A model generated the notes under the pieces. It was not told where the DNA came from, searched no databases, and saw nothing but the letters and a program-made list of their open reading frames with translations. From contig PLMK01000025.1 in assembly GCA_003142475.1 (NCBI GenBank), positions 24,532 to 88,531 of the forward strand: a DNA stretch of 64,000 bases, given 5' to 3'. Position numbers and translations under genes: made by a program. Position 1 is the first letter of the stretch; each line of letters begins with the position of its first letter. This DNA is from Ignavibacteriota bacterium (GTDB taxonomy: Bacteria; Bacteroidota; Ignavibacteria; UBA10030). This document shows positions 59,075-64,000 of this stretch, piece after piece.

Positions 59075-60268
59075 ATGAAATTATTAGAAGGTATTCGCGT
59101 TCTTGATCTGACAAATGTTCTCTCTGGACCATTTGCAACTCTGCACCTCGCACTTGCTGGTGCTGAAGTGATTAAAATAGAAAATCCCAACGATGGCGAC
59201 CTTGCTCGAAAACTTGGCTGCGTTCCCAAGTATAATCAGATGCTGATGGGAACAAGCTTTCTTGCTCAGAACGCCAACAAAAAATCCCTCACACTCAACC
59301 TGAAAACACCGGAGGGGAAAGAGATTTTTAAAAAGCTTGTGAAAGCAGCGGATGCCGTTGTCGAGAACTTTCGTCCGGATGTGATGACGCGACTTGGCCT
59401 CTCTTATCAAGTACTCAGTGAAATTAATCCCAAACTTATTTACTGCGCAATTTCCGGCTTTGGACAAACAGGTCCTGATGCAATGAAACCGGCGTACGAT
59501 CAGATCATTCAGGGACTGAGCGGCGAAATGGCCATCAATGGAGATGAACAATTGAATCCGCTGCGTGCCGGTTTTCCAGTGTGCGATACGGTCGGGGGAT
59601 TGAATGCTGCATTTGCAATAATGGGCGCGCTCTATTATAGAGAGCGAACCGGCGAAGGACAGTTTATCGATGTGGCGTTGCTTGATTCCATTATGCCGCT
59701 GATGGGCTGGGTCGTTGCGAATCTGAAGATTGGCGGCCAACAACCCGTATTGATGGGAAACGATAACTTTACCGCCGCTCCATCGGGTGTGTTCAAAACG
59801 AAAGACGGTTTCATCAATATTGCAGCAAATAAACAAGAGCAATGGGAATCTGTTGCTGATGTGCTTGGTGTACCGGAATTGAAGACCGATACACGCTTTC
59901 GAGAACGTGATGCGCGAAAAAAGAATCGTAAAGAACTGACGCCGCTCCTCAACGCTAAACTTGCACAAAAAGAAACAGCGGTATGGGTGGATGAACTAAA
60001 CAAGCACGATGTTCCTGCAGGTACGATTCTCACGCTCGATGGAGCATTGAAACAAGAGCAAGTAAAACATAGGAATGTGTTCGGGAAAGTGACAGTGGAT
60101 GGAATCGGTGAATTGGAACTGTTCAATTTGTCTGCAAAATTCTCAAAAACACCCGGCATTGTTGAAACACCACCACCGACACTCGGTCAACACACGAATG
60201 ATATTCTTGCAAGCATCGGATATACGAATGAGGAAATTCAAAAATTCAAAGAAATGAAGGCGATATAA
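59075..60268 (+). CDS. family III CoA-transferase (CaiB/BaiF family)
   Basis: N-terminus LEGIRVLDLTNVLSGPFATLHLALAGAEVIKIE and an active-site Asp in GFPVCDTVGG. Confidence 0.85.
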   Translation: MKLLEGIRVLDLTNVLSGPFATLHLALAGAEVIKIENPNDGDLARKLGCVPKYNQMLMGTSFLAQNANKKSLTLNLKTPEGKEIFKKLVKAADAVVENFRPDVMTRLGLSYQVLSEINPKLIYCAISGFGQTGPDAMKPAYDQIIQGLSGEMAINGDEQLNPLRAGFPVCDTVGGLNAAFAIMGALYYRERTGEGQFIDVALLDSIMPLMGWVVANLKIGGQQPVLMGNDNFTAAPSGVFKTKDGFINIAANKQEQWESVADVLGVPELKTDTRFRERDARKKNRKELTPLLNAKLAQKETAVWVDELNKHDVPAGTILTLDGALKQEQVKHRNVFGKVTVDGIGELELFNLSAKFSKTPGIVETPPPTLGQHTNDILASIGYTNEEIQKFKEMKAI

Positions 60269-60323
60269 ATTCGATAATTAGTAAGTATCGCATCATATGT
60301 TATAATACATCGGAGTATAGTTT

Positions 60324-61616
60324 ATGGGCATGACTGTTGTTGAAAAAATTTTGGCGCGAGCTTCGGGCTTGCCGTCAGTAAAAGCGGGAGATGTGGTAGA
60401 GCCAAAGGTCGATCTTGCGATGTCGCATGAAAATGCGGCGCTCGTCATGAATCAATTTATTGAAATATATCAAGGCACGGGAATTCAGCCGAAGATCTGG
60501 GATCCATCTAAAATCAGTATCATCTTCGATCACCGTGTTCCTGCAGAATCACCGAAGACTGCATCAAATCAAAAAAAAATCCGTGAATTCGTTGCGGCAA
60601 ACGATATTGCAAAATTTCACGACATCCGCGGCGATGTGGGGGGAATCTGCCATCAAGTATTGCCAGAGAACGGATATGTCCGCCCCGGTTCTGTTATTGT
60701 CGGCACCGATTCGCATACGACCAGCCACGGTGCGCTGGGCGCGTTTGCATTTGGCATCGGTGCGACCGAAATGGCAAGTGTCTGGGCACTTGGTTCAGTA
60801 CTCAATGTCGAAGTGCCGGCGACTATAAAAGTAAATGTCTCAGGGAAGTTTAAGAAATTTGTCGGGCCCAAAGATCTGATTCTCCACCTTATCGGTAAAC
60901 TCACTGCTGAAGGGGCAAACTTTAGGGTCATTGAATTCCACGGGCCGACAATCAGAGACATGTCAACCTCCGGCCGACTTGTTATTTGCAATATGTCGGT
61001 GGAAGCCGGCGCAACATCAGGCATCGTTCCTGCAGATAAAGAAACACTTCGATATCTTACCCGCGAAGCCGGTGTGAAAGGTAAAATCGTATGTGTGAGT
61101 CCGGATAAGGATGCTTTGTATGAACGAACCATCGACATTGATGTATCGAGAATGGATCCACAGATCGCTTGTCCGCATACGGTGGATAACGTGAAATCAA
61201 TCAAGGCAGTGAAAGGCATCAAGATACACCAAGTCGTGATTGGTTCATGCACAAACGGACGTTTGGATGATCTTGAACTTGCCGCTAAAATTTTACGGGG
61301 AAAGAAAGTTGCAAAGGGAACTCGGATGCTTATCTTTCCGGCATCTGCCCGGATATACAATCAGGCGCTTGCAAAAGGATATATAGGTGAGTTTATGAAA
61401 GCGGGGGCTGTCGTGATGAATTCCGGCTGTGGTCCATGCCTCGGCATTCATGAAGGAGCCCTTGGCGATGGTGAAGTTGCACTCTCGACCACCAACCGAA
61501 ATTTTAAGGGACGCATGGGAAATCCAAACTCCGAAGTGTATCTCTGCTCCCCGGCAGTTGCAGCAGCATCGGCAATCAAGGGTGTTATCACCGACCCGAC
61601 AAAAGGAGTAAAATAA
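60324..61616 (+). CDS. aconitase-family dehydratase large subunit, short archaeal/homoaconitase-type (LeuC/HacA-like)
   Basis: 430 aa. MTVVEKILARASG...VDLAMSHE, with the Fe-S ligands in GSCTNGR and GCGPCLG contexts. Confidence 0.85.
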   Translation: MGMTVVEKILARASGLPSVKAGDVVEPKVDLAMSHENAALVMNQFIEIYQGTGIQPKIWDPSKISIIFDHRVPAESPKTASNQKKIREFVAANDIAKFHDIRGDVGGICHQVLPENGYVRPGSVIVGTDSHTTSHGALGAFAFGIGATEMASVWALGSVLNVEVPATIKVNVSGKFKKFVGPKDLILHLIGKLTAEGANFRVIEFHGPTIRDMSTSGRLVICNMSVEAGATSGIVPADKETLRYLTREAGVKGKIVCVSPDKDALYERTIDIDVSRMDPQIACPHTVDNVKSIKAVKGIKIHQVVIGSCTNGRLDDLELAAKILRGKKVAKGTRMLIFPASARIYNQALAKGYIGEFMKAGAVVMNSGCGPCLGIHEGALGDGEVALSTTNRNFKGRMGNPNSEVYLCSPAVAAASAIKGVITDPTKGVK

Positions 61617-61617
61617 C

Positions 61618-62118
61618 ATGGGACAGGTCATTTATAAACTTGGCGACGATATTTCCACAGACATCATTTATCCGGGCCGATATATGGCAACCGTTCTTCC
61701 AACGGAGACTCCACAGTTCGCATTTGCCGATATCAAAGAGCTCAATGAGAGAATGAAAACAAAACAGGTTCCGCCTGGCAGTGTTATTGTTGGAGGAAAA
61801 AATTTTGGCTGCGGTTCTTCGCGTGAGCAAGCGGTTTCGACACTCAAAGGCTATGACCTCATTATCATTGCTCCAAATTTTGCACGTATTTTTTTGCAGA
61901 ATAGTATTAATCTTGGGCTGCAGACGGTCACCTGCCCTGAGATCGATGCGAACGTTGGCGACGATCTGGAAGTGAACTCGACCGAAGTTATGAACAAAAA
62001 AACCGGCCGGAAGTTTTCTGTTATTCCTCTTCCGAAAGCCCGGCAGGCCATTGTTGAAGCCGGTGGATTGATTGCGTATACACGGAAACGGGTAATGGTT
62101 GGAAAATCTTCAGTGTGA
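61618..62118 (+). CDS. aconitase-family dehydratase small subunit, short type (LeuD/HacB-like)
   Basis: 166 aa. GDDISTDIIYPGRYM and GGKNFGCGSSREQA swivel-domain motifs. Starts 2 nt after the large subunit stop. Confidence 0.85.
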   Translation: MGQVIYKLGDDISTDIIYPGRYMATVLPTETPQFAFADIKELNERMKTKQVPPGSVIVGGKNFGCGSSREQAVSTLKGYDLIIIAPNFARIFLQNSINLGLQTVTCPEIDANVGDDLEVNSTEVMNKKTGRKFSVIPLPKARQAIVEAGGLIAYTRKRVMVGKSSV

Positions 62119-62912
62119 ATTCGAGAAAAAGAAAAGTTGAACTGATAGAAAGTATAGTAAAATAGTTAAAGAGAAAGTTCTTAGCTGTTATAAAAGATGA
62201 TATTAATTCTTTTTCTTGCTTTCGGGTGTTCTCCCGTTTAGCTTTGGCAGGCTCGTCCTCTTGCCATTCACCCACGGACCGCGGGGGTTCGTCCTCATCT
62301 GTGCGACTATCAATGCCTTTTCCTCAGCCTGTAGAGGGGTGAGTGTGAAATGCTTAATGGGATTTGCCATGCTGTTACTCCATTTTGTATTAACTCTGCT
62401 GCTTTATCCAACCGAACTAAGGGTACAACTTAAAAGCTGAATATCACAGGTATGCTGATGTGTTATGATAAGATACGGAATTTTTACTCAAGAATGAACT
62501 TTTCATTTTATCTCCTACTGTTGGAATGGATATTTATTCTGGATCAAGCTTCGGTTTCTTTATAAGATTTTGACCTATTGCAGATGTTGAAATACGAACC
62601 ATTTCCCTTGATTCTGCGATATTCATTAGTTACAATCTGGTGTAGGGTTATTCAAATTTGATTCAATGCAGTAGGGAAGAAGTAGCTTTGGAGGCGTATG
62701 ATTCCCTTGGCTTGATCTGGAATTCTATACTTATACCAATAGTTGCTCTTCAGTTTAAATCAAATTAAGTGATATTTAATACAGGCGACTCAGTTGCTAT
62801 CAGTTTGAAAATACTGATGGCTGTCTATCTATCATGCTTTTTATACACAATATATAGACTAAGTCTATCTAATCAATTGTTAGACATTTTTATTACAGAA
62901 AGGTAAAATATC

Positions 62913-63443
62913 ATGAAAAAAATCCATTTCTTTATTGTACTAGTTCTAATAACATTCAATTTATCACAACTACTGGGGCAGTCTTTTCGCCCGACATTCA
63001 AAAAACCAAATGAGAAGGCGATAACATCAGCATATAAGGTAGCAGAGAAACTATTTGCTGATCTGAAAGCTAATAAGACTCAAGAAGTAGCTGAATGGTT
63101 AGTTGCAAACTTAGGCAAAACCTGGGATGCATCCACAAAGGTGCAAAATGTAAATAGTTATAAATCTAAACTAGATGTAATTCGGTTGAGTCCACCATCT
63201 GGTTCATATGGAAAGCTAGATGGATATGATCTAATTGATGAAAGTTATTTGCCAGGAAGTGATCGCTATTTTCGCCTTGTGTATATCTCTTATCATGAAG
63301 AATCGACACTAATATGGGAATTTCGATTTTATGTAAAACCAGATGGAGATATTGTTCCAATCTATATTTCATGGGATGATACTAATCCATTCGAGATTAT
63401 GTCGACCAACAAAATGTTATTAATGAGATGGTACGAAAAATAA
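62913..63443 (+). CDS. hypothetical secreted protein
   Basis: Signal peptide IHFFIVLVLITFNLSQLLGQ. No known motif. Confidence 0.4.
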   Translation: MKKIHFFIVLVLITFNLSQLLGQSFRPTFKKPNEKAITSAYKVAEKLFADLKANKTQEVAEWLVANLGKTWDASTKVQNVNSYKSKLDVIRLSPPSGSYGKLDGYDLIDESYLPGSDRYFRLVYISYHEESTLIWEFRFYVKPDGDIVPIYISWDDTNPFEIMSTNKMLLMRWYEK

Positions 63444-63651
63444 AAATGCCTATCCAGCGGCTCCCCGCCAAAAACAGCGGGGCAGGCAAGCTGACCGGAT
63501 GAGCGTTGGTGCATTTTACATTGCGCATAGAGGTCAGTACAAAATTGAAAGAACCAGCATAAACTTGTTTTGTTATCAGCAATTTGAAAATTTGCAGTGC
63601 CGCAGCTTAGCGCCCATCCGTTAGGCGCACTCACAATATTAAAGGATTAAA

Positions 63652-64000
63652 ATGGAAAAAATATTAATCACTATCCTTCTTGTTCTATCCGTTAATAATA
63701 TTCTTTATTCACAATCTATAAAGAAGGTTGTCCTAAACGATAAAGACGCTTTCAGTGGATATTATTTGGCTGTCGAACCATGTAGCGATTCAATTGCGGG
63801 CGTCCTGGTTCTGCTTGCCGGATTTGGAGAAAAGGCCGAATGGATCTTTCCTGAAACAAAACTCCACAATGTGGCTTATGTAAACAGAATATTGACAATT
63901 GGCTTTGCAGAAGGAAATAAGATTTCCGCTGATTCGGCAGTGCAATCAAAACTCTCTGCAGTTCTAGAAGATGTGCTTAGAAAATACAAAGTTCATCAAG
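63652..64000 (+). CDS. secreted protein, possible alpha/beta-hydrolase (partial, runs off window)
   Basis: ATG at 63652 with an AAAGGA SD upstream. Signal peptide, then VLVLLAGFGEKAE. Open to the window end. Confidence 0.3.
   Translation, partial: MEKILITILLVLSVNNILYSQSIKKVVLNDKDAFSGYYLAVEPCSDSIAGVLVLLAGFGEKAEWIFPETKLHNVAYVNRILTIGFAEGNKISADSAVQSKLSAVLEDVLRKYKVHQ

Noticed and set aside
62275-62310. tRNA-like / tmRNA-like GGGGGTTCG motif at 62284-62293
   Set aside because: No complementary CCCCC to close a T-stem and no acceptor stem, so it is not a tRNA or tmRNA 3' domain. It is retained only as part of the unexplained GC-rich island.
62216-62440. 74-aa ORF in the GC-rich intergenic island as a real gene
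   Set aside because: No start context. The product is hydrophobic and Cys-rich with no motif. The opposite-strand 62021..62275 ORF overlaps the LeuD-like stop. Both are likely non-coding.

Overview
This 64-kb chromosomal window is about 40-45% GC by eye and looks like it comes from an FCB-group bacterium (Bacteroidota/Ignavibacteriota-type). The supporting signatures are T9SS C-terminal sorting domains, a TonB-dependent receptor paired with a DUF4249 lipoprotein, and a sigma-54 activator. I call about 58 protein-coding genes and found no rRNA, tRNA or CRISPR array. Housekeeping content includes folD, purM, valS, a queD-queE-queF-queC operon and a ymdB-like phosphoesterase. A polysaccharide-biosynthesis block at 9.4-15.3 kb contains two GT4 glycosyltransferases, a Wzx-like flippase and a NodB-like deacetylase. 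At 17.0-23.3 kb there are two tandem 930-1000-aa S8 subtilases with T9SS sorting tails, preceded by a free-standing propeptide-only paralogue. An AddAB-type two-subunit helicase-nuclease follows. An AT-rich accessory patch at 41.9-48.1 kb holds several mobile or defence-related pieces. These are an ORF6N protein, a DinD/Bro-N N-terminal gene fragment, an IS200/RayT-like HUH transposase with its own 28-bp palindromes, an 82-aa relic resembling the C-terminus of type IIG/BREX-like methyltransferases, and a 628-aa pentapeptide-repeat protein of unknown role. The 3' third carries lat plus an aldehyde dehydrogenase (lysine to 2-aminoadipate). These two genes face, divergently, an unusual five-gene operon: a LeuB-like dehydrogenase, an HMG-CoA-lyase-family lyase, a family III CoA-transferase, and short-form LeuC/LeuD-like dehydratase subunits. 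I consider that operon the best candidate for an undescribed pathway. A GIY-YIG nuclease mini-cassette with terminal inverted repeats sits between queC and the next gene. All functional calls rest on motif recognition by eye. No database search was run.
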